Source: Macrostomum lignano (lineage: Eukaryota). From it: DNA of 64,000 nt. A model generated the notes under the pieces. The model saw only the letters and a list, made by a program, of their open reading frames with translations. It did no database searches and had not been told where the DNA came from. Shown here piece by piece: positions 11,926 to 23,981 of the stretch. The DNA is taken from the NCBI GenBank assembly GCA_002269645.1, contig NIVC01000181.1, positions 461,693-525,692 on the forward strand. Direction: 5' to 3'. The position numbers and the translations under genes are program-made. The first letter of the stretch is position 1. The number at the start of each line of letters is the position of its first letter.

Positions 11926-13701
11926 AAGTTGGCTAGAAGACTATATTGGTAATTAAAGAACACAATAATTTAAAGTCGGATAGAAATGCAAGTCCGACAA
12001 GAGATTAAGCTTAAATCCCCAACTTGCACAGCACGGATATTAGGATGGGTAGTCCGACTCAAATAGCTGCATTTGCACCGAGCTGCCATTTTGTTGAAGC
12101 GGATTTGTGCCTAGCAACCGTCAAGATTTTGAGGCAGAAGTTTTGGCTAATGAGTTACTACTCGTGTCGTATAATTTTTACAAAACTTTCACAAATATAA
12201 AACAGATCGATAGTACTATGTCCATAATATTTCAAGCCTAAACTTTGGTAAGCAAATTTTGTTAACAAGCCCTCACATGTATGAACAGCTAGTGGAATAA
12301 GTCTTGCAAACATTTTGCTGCTAATAAATTCTAGCCTTGACTTTATAGCGGCTGATCGATCAAGTGAAGAGCAGCAGGAATATAAATTGGCGATTGAATT
12401 TTCAAGTAAGCCTTTTATACATGTACACGGCATGCGGTACGGGCCATGCAGGGACAGGAATTGCACAGATTCCATACTGGGTTTTCATGTACTTTATATA
12501 GCTCGTAATAAAGTAGTGGTTTAAGTCTGGCTTGAATCGCTTTCGCGGCAATAAAAGTGGCCAATCTGCCAATCTATCTGCATATCGTGGCTTAACGCCT
12601 GAGAGCGCCTACAGATGTGACTGTTTTTTTGTGGCAAACCGCACCAACTTGTGCTTTTTATAGCTTTCGACTGAATGTACTTGTCACGAAATCATCCTTC
12701 TGCAGCATAACAAGTACATGTTCTATGCAGTTTACATTAAAAAGCTTACACCTTGTTTTTAATGCTTTCGTTTGTAAGTCGAATTCTACCGATTCGGAAT
12801 CTATAGCCATGGTTCAGAAGTCCATGCAAATGTCTAGCCATACTGTCCATACATCCGTTAATCTTCTCCACGGTTTTCTAATTCGCTCAGCAAACTATTT
12901 GGGACTCTTGCAAATGGTGATTAAGGCGACCAAGTATCTCATTTCGCAGACGAAGAAGTAGCTCGTACTTGGCCGATTTAAACAAACGCGTTATTGGGTT
13001 GGGGGATGTGTCTGCCAGCTAGGTGTCCCAAGCCTCTGTGCCGGCATACAGCAGCTAGCTTTGGTCTCCTTGCCAGTGGTTCGACTTTGTATGGGCCAAG
13101 AAGTCCTTTTCCGAGATAGGGCTCAAGCTGAGGCAATAGGAGGCAATTTGCTCTCTAGATTACTATGAGCAGTAGGCTGCCACCACCGATTAAAAGAGGA
13201 CATGCAGCCACCTGATGTAGCTTGATTGCACTGTAGCACTAGCCTCCTCTTTAGGTACGAGAGAAATAATGAAATTCTCTGGATAGACTTCTCCCAGATT
13301 TCCCTGGGGACAACCCCAATTTTTATCAATGCAGAAGTCAAAAGACCTCCAGAGGTCAAAGACCAAGTTTTTAGGCTATAACACATGGTTGTATGTAAAT
13401 AAACTTTTGCGAACGGAACGGCAATTGTTTAAGCTCATAATTGTGCCTTAATTAAAAAATATTTCAAATTCATTCGGAAATTCAATATCTCCACCACCAG
13501 CCTCCGCTCCAGTCTCTCTGCTCCAGTAGTGTCAGGTTGTTAATGTAGGTTAATTGTTAATTAGGTTGTTACCTAGTGTAGGTTGATGCATGGTCTAGGA
13601 ATAGAATTCAAAATAGATGGAAGCAAATTTATGTAGCATTTCCAGTATAAGAAAGGGTGTATTGACACCATATACATGTATATTGATATACATCTGCACA
13701 G

Positions 13702-14021
13702 CAGGGGCGTCGCGATTGGATTTTATGGTGGGGGGACAAAAGCTAAGAATTCTACATGTACATGATATGTACTTGACTATTCCTACATGTACATTATTTT
13801 CGGAATTGGTGTTGTCAGCGCTTATTTCATGGCGCCGCATGTGCTATGTTTTGTCGCCTGGAAACAAAATTATTGATTGATCCATACCGGGTCCATGCGT
13901 TACTTTAGTCGTCCTTGGTCTTAATAAGGTGGGGGGAAACAAAGCATTGGCATTTCCCCATAACTTTTACTGGGGGGGGGGCATATCCCTCCTGCCCCCC
14001 CCCCCGGTGGCGACGCCCCTG
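13702..14021. mobile_element. MITE with 12-bp TIR CAGGGGCGTCGC
   Basis: Perfect inverted ends CAGGGGCGTCGC / GCGACGCCCCTG with subterminal G and C runs; no clear TSD, so superfamily is unassigned. Confidence 0.65.
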
Positions 14022-14045
14022 TGTGTGCGCGATTTAACTATAGCT

Positions 14046-14194
14046 AGGCGCGTAGCTAGGATTCACGTCAGGGGGACAGAGACATATGAATCCATCTCCG
14101 ATGGAAGCAATGGAAGCAAGATACAAAGGCAGTAAGAAAATCCCCCCTTCAGGGAGGACATGTTCCCAGTGTCACCACTTTGGCTACGCCCCTG
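14046..14194. mobile_element. Small related MITE
   Basis: Imperfect TIR AGGCGCGTAGCTA / TGGCTACGCCCCT. Confidence 0.45.
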
Positions 14195-15276
14195 TGCAGT
14201 TGTTGTAGTAAATTAATGCAATTAAGGCAAATTTATTTACATTAATTACATTTTCTAGTTACATTTTTACTTTTTGTCGAGTCCAACCTCGTAATAAATT
14301 ACATGTAGCCAAATTTATTTTTTCATAGCTTCTGTAACTATTTCGAGCAAATAGGCAAAAGTCTAACATTTTGTTTGGTATATTCTAGGTAAACATTTCT
14401 CCGAAAAGAGAACAAAAAGCTTTCGCCGAAATGACTCACCTTCGCTAAATGTTGCTAATTTGCTTATTTTAGGACCGTAAATTTTGTTCTGGATGATGTG
14501 ACAAGACCTAGCTAGCCAATAAATTTATACGGTTCCTTTTCTGGTTTATTTGTAAGCCTAGTCTATTGTTTCCTCAATATAAGGCTTATATTAAGTACCT
14601 AAAGTCCTATGTTCCTCCTTAGTTATACACGTATGCGTGACGTATTGGGCCTATTTATTATTTTCTGGGCCTGGCCTGCCGCGTATGTAGGCCCTAGTTA
14701 TTTAAATTCTTAGTTTTTAAATAAATATAGTTGCAACGCCGCGCTAAAAATCATATGCAGCTGTTTTTTTATGCCAGCAATTCATGCGGTGTAAGACTAG
14801 GCATAAGATGGCCATATACACACAGTCACACACACCAAGATCAAGATGGCCACAATATTGAATCTTTATTATTAGCCTAGGCCTGCCTACTCCTACTCAG
14901 AGTATTATTAGTACTATTGTTAATCCATATTTTGCAAACTAAAAACTAATAGCTATTGTTATATTATTAAACTATAATTTATTATGTTTAATCAATCATA
15001 TTCATAATTGATTAATATTGATACAATTATTACAATAACAAATTTCAAACTAATTAGGACTAGGACTACCTAATTATAATACAAAAACTATCATCTTTTT
15101 TAATGTTTATGCCAATTTATTCCCTATCATTACATCTATCAAATCTATTAGTATTACTATCTATCAGCTTATTAAGAATTATATCATTGCCAGTGCTAGT
15201 GGTAATGCTATGCAAAAATATAATTAATATGCAATAGCAATAGTGTATTTGTTTTCTATGCCTACTAGACTACTTG

Positions 15277-15917
15277 TAGTGATGGATTGAAATTCAATTT
15301 CGATTTCGATATTCCAAATTTTGAAACTAATTTTGCATTGAAATAATTTTGATTTCAATTTCGAATTTCAACACCATTCATCAAAAATCATTTCAAAATT
15401 TTGGTTATATTTTACCAATTTAGACATTAATGATCATGCTACATGAGAAAGAAAATCTATAGGAAGTAAAAAGAAGTGCAGTTCAAAGACTTAGTGGGAA
15501 AGTGAGAATCGCCTTTTCTACAAGAAAGATTGTCTGGGGCACACACTGTTCCAGGCCTTGTGCTGCACCCACCTCAACCTCTACAAGCCCACTGGCTGAA
15601 CTCATCGGCGTGGATTTTAATTGGCTAAAGACTTATGAAATTGATATAAGTATAATACAACTTCTACTATATTTCTATGTACGAGTATATAATACATAAT
15701 ACACTAGCATTTTCTATTTTGTATTTTTAAAGTTAAGTTAAATCTTAAGTATTCTGGTTTAAACATATCAAATATACTTTTTATAAAACATGTAAGCTCA
15801 TGCATGCAGATGCAAGGTGTTAACCTTTTTGCATGATTAGTGAAAAAGTAAAAATTTGTTAAGCTCAAAAATTTCGATTTCAATTTTGATTTGAAAAATA
15901 ATTTCGATCCATCACTA
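15277..15917. mobile_element. hAT-type MITE (TAGTGATGG termini)
   Basis: TIR TAGTGATGGATTGAAATT / AATTTCGATCCATCACTA; 8-bp TSD ACTACTTG / ACTACTTA. Confidence 0.8.
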
Positions 15918-17819
15918 ACTACTTATATTATTTAATAGATAAAACATTATAGGTTAGGCACTACAATACATATAGGCCTATTAAAATTGGTCTATTGATA
16001 AATAAATAGGTATATGGGTTATGTGAGTACTATACTCTGGATCATGTAGTATATGCCCAAAAATTTGGGCATGCATTAGCCTTGCATGCTAAATGTCAGC
16101 ATGCATAGGCCTAGTTGGCCTACATCACTCCTAAGAAAATAACGTGCGTGCATAACCTGGCATGCATTTCACTTCATAGAATCACGCAGAAGCGTTATTG
16201 TAAAGTAGAAGAAATATAAAAAAGGGTTCATTTTAAGTGCAATTTTAAGCTTTCCATGTTTTTAAGCTCATTAAAAAGCATTTAAAGAAATATTTGCATG
16301 TATCAATTTTTACTGTTAATAATATTGTCAAAAAAGCAGAAAAATTAACTAAATAATTTGCCAAAATGGTTCCTTATGCAATTCAAAAAAGGTCATTTAT
16401 TGTCGCAACATCAGCGTAGTTTTGAAAATGGGCATACACTCAATTTTTTAGCAAGCATTTATAATTATTTGATTTTTTGGGCATTTATTAGAGGCAGGAG
16501 GATTGTGTGCACTCTGGCGCACTTTAAGCGACATAGGCACACAACCCGCGAGAGGCATTACTGCACATTCTGCCGACTCCCCTGAGCTAGCATATAAGCG
16601 TGCGGATATGTACGCAGGCACACACTCACACAGGAATGTATAGTAGCCCTAACTTTGTTTTATTGTTAGGCATGTACACTTCACTATGCCTTGGGGGTTG
16701 GCTCTAATATAGCATCTATATTCCTAAGACTTAAAGATCTATACCTAATACAAATTGCTACCAATAAAAAATAAATGAAATATATAGACTTAGGCTTAAT
16801 ATTAGACCTTATCTATTTAAACATTTAGAGCTGTGGCCTCATATACCATTTATAGCCTAGGGTCTACTAATCCATTTTTATTAATTTTTGTATTAGGCTT
16901 AGGCATTTATGCCAATGCTATTTTTTATTTTTAGTATAACTAGGCCTATAACTAAATGGACTAGGCTTATAGGTACAAGATCATGCTATTAGTAAGAAAA
17001 ACAAATTTATCATTATATGCTTTATCTAATGAGATATTTTTTTGTTTAGTGACATGTTTTAAAATATAAGTGGCATCATCAGGCAATGAATATTGATAGA
17101 TTAAACAAAATTGTGCAAAAATATAAGTCAATAAGTGAAAGTGGATAAAGGTAATAAGCAGCAAGAGCTTGTAGCACTAGGGGTATGTGCCTTTGAAAAT
17201 AAGTCCATTTGTCACAATGCATTATGCCCCTTGAATTTTCAAGTTTTAGATACCCCCATTTTAGTGCTTAGTAATAGCTAATATCTAAAATTTTTAGTGC
17301 TTTTTATGATTTTAGGCCATAATTCAGTATGTGATTACTAGTATAAAATAATATAATGATACAATGAATAATATTATATAAAATAATATAATGAATAAAA
17401 TAATGTTCCTATGCTCTATGCCATGCCTAATGCCTTCCTTAAAATATTAGACTCCGTTGCCCCTAGTAAAGGCTAACAAAAGTGGTGATAGGTGATTGCA
17501 CAGAATAAGAAAATACTGGTCAAAAAACCTTTAAGTGTACATTATTGCCTCTGTTAAATAGCCGGCTATTGAGAGTAGGTTTAAGCTATATATAATGCTT
17601 CTAAAGCTAGTGGTTTTCCACTGTATTTATGCCTGTCTTTGTTTTTGTTTAAATTTAATTGTGGCTTTGCTAATGAATGATAAAGTATTATTGATCATAT
17701 TTTATTTAGCATTTAATGAATCATGGTGTTCTTTTGTTTTGAGCTACACTTTTAGTTGATAAAGTAGTACACAAAGGTAAAATTAGCCCATGATTCTTTT
17801 TGCATATTATTACTTAAAG

Positions 17820-18416
17820 TAGGGGTAGGCAACCTCTAGCAAGAGCAAGAGCCAAATAACCAAATTTTTAAAGGGCTCAGGGGCCAATAACAATCCATAT
17901 AAAGAAGTGAAATACCATAATTGCATCATGTCAGTTTGAAAAAGAAAACATTTTTTTTCTGGGCTTTTAACCTAGGATAGGGATAATAAAGAGAGAATGT
18001 AGAGTGAAAGCCCAGGGGGCAGATGCAGTCATACATGCGCAACAGTTGGCCGAGTCGGCCAATCCGGCCGACCAATTTGGCGGCCAACCAAGGAAGTCGC
18101 AAAAATGCCCACCTAAAATACCGAAGTAGTAGTACTAATTAGCTGACGAGGCATTTTGACTAAATAAGACAGTCATAGTTACTCTTGCCGTTTACCCAAA
18201 GTTGCGTTAATTTTGCTTAATGGTTTTCTTACATGTAAGTCGCATTTTTGGCCAAAAACTACGTCGCATTTTGTTAAAACTAAGTCGCATGGCCAACCGA
18301 ATTTTGGAGGTTGCGCATGTATGGATGCAATACTAGTTCATCAAGGACCTTGGGAGCTGGATTAGAAAGCTTTAAAGGCTGGATCTGGCCTTGGGACTAG
18401 AGGTTGCTGATGCCTG
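17820..18416. mobile_element. hAT-type MITE carrying a nested MITE
   Basis: TIR TAGGGGTAGGCAACCTCTAG / CTAGAGGTTGCTGATGCCTG; perfect 8-bp TSD ACTTAAAG. Confidence 0.85.
18030..18323. mobile_element. Nested hAT-type MITE (CATACATGCGCAAC family)
   Basis: 14-bp perfect TIR; TSD GATGCAGT / GATGCAAT; second copy in the opposite orientation at 29259-29555. Confidence 0.85.
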
Positions 18417-18877
18417 ACTTAAAGCAATATAAAACACTTGATGATTTACTAAAGCCTATTTAAAAGACTGTTATAAATAAATTCACTATCTTTGTAGATT
18501 TCATCAAATATCTTTTTCTTTTTAAATTGTCTTATTAATTTATTTGAATATTTTTAGTTTTGTCATAATTAACTATCTTAACCTCCCAATGTATATATTA
18601 AAAACTAAAACTCTGTCTTTTTTTATAAGCATTACTACAATAAAATGAATGTCCCTACTATTTATAACTCCAAGAAATGTCCCAGTTTGTACTGAATGGT
18701 CCCAAATGGTAATATTTGAAGGTTATTTATCTTAATTAAAATAACGACTAAAACATTATTGCTGGGGCATGGGTCAGGTATAACAATGATTGAGTATTGC
18801 AGACAATAACCTAGGCCTAATCTTTCCCTCATGCCAATCGCTGCATTCCAATTGCATTGGCCAGCGCACCAGAGACA

Positions 18878-21800
18878 ATGGACTCAGACTGCACCAGCAA
18901 CAATCTGGACAAACAGATTGAAAAGCTTCGCCGATGCGAGCTGATTACGGAGGCCGAGGTCAAGGCTCTGTGCGGCAAAGCTAGAGAAATCCTCATTGAA
19001 GAGTCCAATGTGCAGTGCGTTGACGCCCCAGTCACAGTCTGCGGCGACATCCACGGCCAGTACTACGACCTCAAGGAGCTCTTCAGCCACGGCGGGGATG
19101 TGCCCGACACGAACTACCTGTTCCTTGGCGACTTTGTCGATCGCGGCTTCTACTCGGTTGAGACGTTCCTGCTGCTGCTGGCGCTGAAGGTGCGGTATCC
19201 CGACCGCATCACCCTGATCCGGGGCAACCACGAGAGTCGCCAGATAACTCAGGTTTGGAGGGCAAAAATTTCAACTCGAAATTGGTTTTCTCTGGTCAGA
19301 AAAGTTTCTAGGTATTCTCGAAAAGCAAGAAAATTAAATCTTAACCAATGTTCATCTTTTGATATGTCTTGCCTCTCCTTTAGCTCCATTGATATTCATA
19401 GAGCTATTTGTTCAGAATTAAACGCTTAAATTAAATTAGGCCAATACAGGCCATATTAATGAGAAAGTGGAGCCTAGTCAATATTGTCCCATTTTTCTGA
19501 ATGCTTGTACTCTTATTATTCTAGTTAAAATTCAACTTTTTTTACACATTCAATAAGCTGAGCATTACGAAATAGATTCATAAATCAAGCTGTCATTTTT
19601 TATTTTAGACACAGGGCATGTACGTAGGATATAAAATAAAAATAAAGGCAGCTAAAACAACTTTGATAAGATTAGAAGCCCAAGCTTGCAGGCGTAAACA
19701 ACTTGCTAATTGGTTCAGCAATGATGTACATTGGCCAGTCTACTGAAATGTACATGGCAGCTTTAGGCTGGAAGTCCGAGAAAGGCAATAAAAATTGGGG
19801 TGGGGCGGGAGTAGTGTGGAAAGGCGCGGTCGGGGGGGGGTTTAAGCTGGGGGTAAGAGCCAATAAATGAGCCTTGGCTTTAAAAATACATTAAAATGCT
19901 TCTGTTTAACTTACTACTTAACTGAAAGTAGCTCACACGCAAATGTGCTGAGTGGCCCAACTAGTTATTCTAGTATCTGTGGATAAAACCGGCCTCCCAA
20001 AGTAGTTGCTACTGCAGCAAAGCTGACCTCGAACCCCTTGTCAAGGTGTACGGTTTCTACGAAGAGTGCAACCGCAAGTACGGCTCCTCCACAGTGTGGC
20101 GCTACTGCACCGAAATATTCGACTACCTCAGCCTCTCCGCCATCATTGACGGCAAGATTTTCTGCGTCCACGGCGGCCTCAGCCCGTCAATCAGCACCCT
20201 GGACCAGATTCGGGCCATCGATCGCAAACAGGAGGTGCCGCACGACGGCGCCATGTGCGACCTGCTCTGGTCGGACCCGGAGGACACCCTCGGCTGGGGC
20301 GTGTCGCCTCGCGGCGCCGGCTTCCTGTTTGGCTCGGATGTGGTGGCGCAGTTCAACCAGGTGAGGCATTGAGCGCGATTTTATACTACTGTCTATTCAG
20401 TAGATAGTTGTAGATGAATTTAGTTGCACTCTGACCCCTATTGCTCCTGTGTACTGTGCATTGAACACATGAGCGCTTTTGGGAAAAATTAGGACTTTCT
20501 GGCAGAATCGTTGAATATCTCGACGGTCCGAAGGATTGCTGACTTTATTCTTGCTTGAGAAGGTGCGCAACCAAGCTTAGGCCATTTTCTCTAATTGGCC
20601 TACCACAAGTTGGCCTACCACCTGCTTCTTGTTCTTGCGCGCCTTGGGTCGAATTGTCGCTGGCGTTTGTGTGCCTGCGCTGCTCCGTTACGCCGGTTAT
20701 GCTGCAGCAAAACATCGTAATGGCTTGGTATTATATACACAGATTCTAGAATAACTGGATGGGCCACTCAGCACATTTGCGTGTAAACTACTTTCAGTTC
20801 AGTAGTGAGTTAAACAGAAGCATTTTATTGTATTTTTTAAAGCCAAGGCTCATTTATTAGCCCTTTCCACACTACCCCCCGCCCGCCCCAATTTTTATTG
20901 CCTTCCTCAGACTTCCAGCCTAAAGCTGCCATGTACATTTCAGTGGACTGGCTAATGTACATTATTGCTGAACCAATTAGCAAGTTGTTTACGCCTGCAA
21001 AGGCTTGGGCTTGAAGGGCTTCTAAACTTATCAAAGTCATGTCAGCTGCCTTTATTTGTATAAAATAGCTTATGTATTCTTCTTTGCTACTGAACAGAAA
21101 GTAGAAAGCTGTTTTACTAAGTATACATGCCTGAGTGGCACATCTAGTTATAGTATCCGTAGTATTATACAGCTGTATCCTCGAGGCGCTTTCATTAGGC
21201 CGAAATTTCACTTCGCCGAAATGACTAGCACGCTGTTTCATAAGGCCGAAACTTCACATTGCTGAAAAATCATTTTAGCAGCGTCCTTATTATGGTCGAA
21301 AGGGGATGTGACCTTAAGCCTCCAAAATGGAACCGCAAGCAGTGACGATTTCTCTGCACCAGTTTCTTTATTTTGAGACCTAAGCGTTACTCTTCTACCA
21401 AAGTGGGAGCACGATATGGTCACTCAGTTTTTTGTACGGAATATTTTCGACATTTCTGACTTCATTTAGGGGGGAACTCTGATTGCTTATTATTTTCATT
21501 GCATTTTCTGTCTCAGTCGGATGGACTTTTAAGTTATAGAATGTTTGTATGTTTCCTATGGCTCCTTTGACTTTGAAAGCATGCAGATTTGCCTAGATTC
21601 CGATTCGTAGAATATTCATGGCTTTAAGATTCAGTTTAATGTTACCATGTTAGTTTCGGCCTTGTGAAAGAGGCTGCTAAAATGGGTTTTCGGCAATGTG
21701 AAGTTTCGGCCTTACGAAAGAGCGTGCTAGTCATTTCGGCCTAGTGAAAGAGGCTGCTAGAATGATTTTTCGGCAATGTGAAGTTTCGGCCTTATCGAGG

Positions 21801-22147
21801 AAGATGCTTTCGGCGAAGTGATATTTCGGCCTAATGAAACCCCCCGTATCCTGCGCTCAGAGTCTCATCATCGTAATCTATACTTTTCCGTACCCTTACA
21901 GTCGAACAACATCGAGCTGATATGCCGAGCGCACCAGCTAGTCATGGAAGGCTATAAATGGCATTTCGCCAGCCAGTCAGTGCTCACTGTTTGGTCTGCG
22001 CCCAACTATTGCTACCGATGCGGCAATGTGGCCGCCATACTCAAACTCGACGACTGTCTTGAGAAAGAGTTCACCATATTCGAGGCGGCGCCGCAAGAGA
22101 CCAGAGGCGTACCAGCTAAGAAACCTGTGGCCGAGTACTTCCTTTAG
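18878..22147 (+). CDS. PPP4C: Serine/threonine protein phosphatase 4 catalytic subunit; exons 18878-19252, 20046-20360, 21902-22147 (311 aa)
   Basis: PPP motifs [30 protein letters not shown]; PP4-type segments [32 protein letters not shown] and C-terminal [21 protein letters not shown]. All junctions are phase 0 GT-AG. Confidence 0.97.
19640..19984. repeat. Intronic inverted repeat, left arm (PPP4C intron 1)
   Basis: Reverse complement of about 20734-21057, with high identity and a few indels. Confidence 0.9.
20734..21057. repeat. Intronic inverted repeat, right arm (PPP4C intron 2)
   Basis: For example GGCCACTCAGCACATTTGCGTG here versus CACGCAAATGTGCTGAGTGGCC in intron 1. Confidence 0.9.
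21182..21845. mobile_element. Fold-back/MITE element in PPP4C intron 2 with GGCCGAAA subterminal repeats
   Basis: Inverted ends TTTCATTAGGCCGAAATTTCACTTCGCCGAAA / TTTCGGCGAAGTGATATTTCGGCCTAATGAAA; GTATCCT on both flanks is a possible TSD. Confidence 0.7.
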
Positions 22148-23981
22148 AGACCTGTTGAATCTTGTACTTGTATTGTCATGCTTTTGGTGTGAAAACGCAT
22201 TGCTTTTTACTTGTGAATTGATCAGAATATTGAATTCTCCTCCTCTCTACCGTTCTCTCCATCCTACCGTCCTCTCCATCCTACCGTCCTCTCCATCCTA
22301 CCATCCTCTCTACCCCACCATCCTCTCCACCCTACCGTTCTCCATTTCCCCTTTCTACCGTCTTCACACCTCCATATTTCTCAACTAAGAAATTTTAAAT
22401 TCAAATTGAATCGGACGAATTCAAGTTAAAATAAATTATACTCTGTATATCTTGGCCAGTTTTTACTGATTTATTGGCCTGTGCAATTACTGTTGTAATG
22501 TATTTGTATTTCGGTATTGCAGAAAAGGATAAACAGAGCTAAATGAAAAATATCGGTGCGAGCTGTAAACTTTCCATTGTTAGCGAACGCATCGCTTGCT
22601 TGCTTTGGATGTTATTCTGCTACTGTTTATCACTTTATGAATTGAATTGAATCGCTGATTGCCTCTCTGAGTGGCAAAAAAATGCAATACTTGCTGGTGC
22701 GCACTTGTCTTTTGTTTATCTATTCGATATCGCTGTGTAATTTAATAATAAACCAACCGCGTTAATAATATTAGTACAGCTAATTTTTATATAGTCAATT
22801 GAAAGAGACGGCTCAAGGCTAAGTTTGTTTTTGTCGAAGTACACGGTGCACCGTGTGTTACATTAACAAGATGAAATATTTAATTTTTGCTATGACGTCA
22901 ATAAATATTAGCTAAATGTTACTTTAGGCGATATAAGGTTTCGATGTCGTGTCGTCGCTCTCTTTTATGGGAATGCGAACAGAATCAAGCAGCATGGCGT
23001 AGTAGTTTGGAATTCAGAATAACAGTCTTACTATTAAATTAAATGAACCCGTGGAAACTTTTAGCTAACTAGAGTTGAATCAAAGCAGAGCACACGGAAC
23101 AGACACGAAAAGCTTGGTTAGCTTGGGGAAAAGCCATTGCACTCGTGCAATAAAAATAACATTTTGGTTCACCAAGCAGTTATTCTAATTCCCGCTTGAA
23201 AACTCTAATATATCAACAGTAGCGCGTACAATTACAGACTGTCAGAAGTGTATTTAAAAAATCTAATGACAACCATTGGTATGAAAGAGACCTGTCAGTC
23301 GAAGTACATCTTGATTTTGTTTTTGTGAGTAATCGAAAATTTAAACTCGTGCTTAAAAACGATATATTTTTTTAGATAAAATGTTTTGAACAATTAGTCT
23401 ATATTTGCGGGTTTTGGCACGAATTTAAATTTTCTATTATTCAACAACGAAATAATCGTCTGCTAGACGAATATCGATAACTTTAATGAAGTAACTAAAG
23501 TACAGAAAATAATTTGGCTACAAATGAAAACACGATGGTCATTGTTAAATAACGCACGCATACTGTAAGATGAGTTTTTTGAAAGCCAACTGACTTGACA
23601 AGTACAACAACACGGAAAAAGAGTTATAACGCATTCGACCGCCGAACGTAGCTGTCAGCGAGGAGGAAACTATGAGGAAGTGCGAGCAACAAAGAAAATC
23701 GCTGGATGATGATCATAAGTAGCATAGCATGATTTTTCTTATTATTTGTGTAGCAAAGAATAAAAACTCGTAATAACTATATATATTTCACTACATATCG
23801 GCTTAACTCAAAACTACTTTATTATAACTATTGATTAGAAATACTTAGTTAGATGCAAATGTTAAGCAACAAGAATAGTACCATTAGCAACAAAATAATC
23901 TCGGTCTGCTTCCCAAATGATACTTCATCAAGGGTGATATGCACCGCTGCATAATCGCGCGATTAGAGCAAATCCACCCGT

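Noticed and set aside
12860-13010. Possible P-element/THAP9-like transposase relic (KYLISQ..LVLGRFKQ)
   Set aside because: Only a short, interrupted resemblance; needs a profile search.
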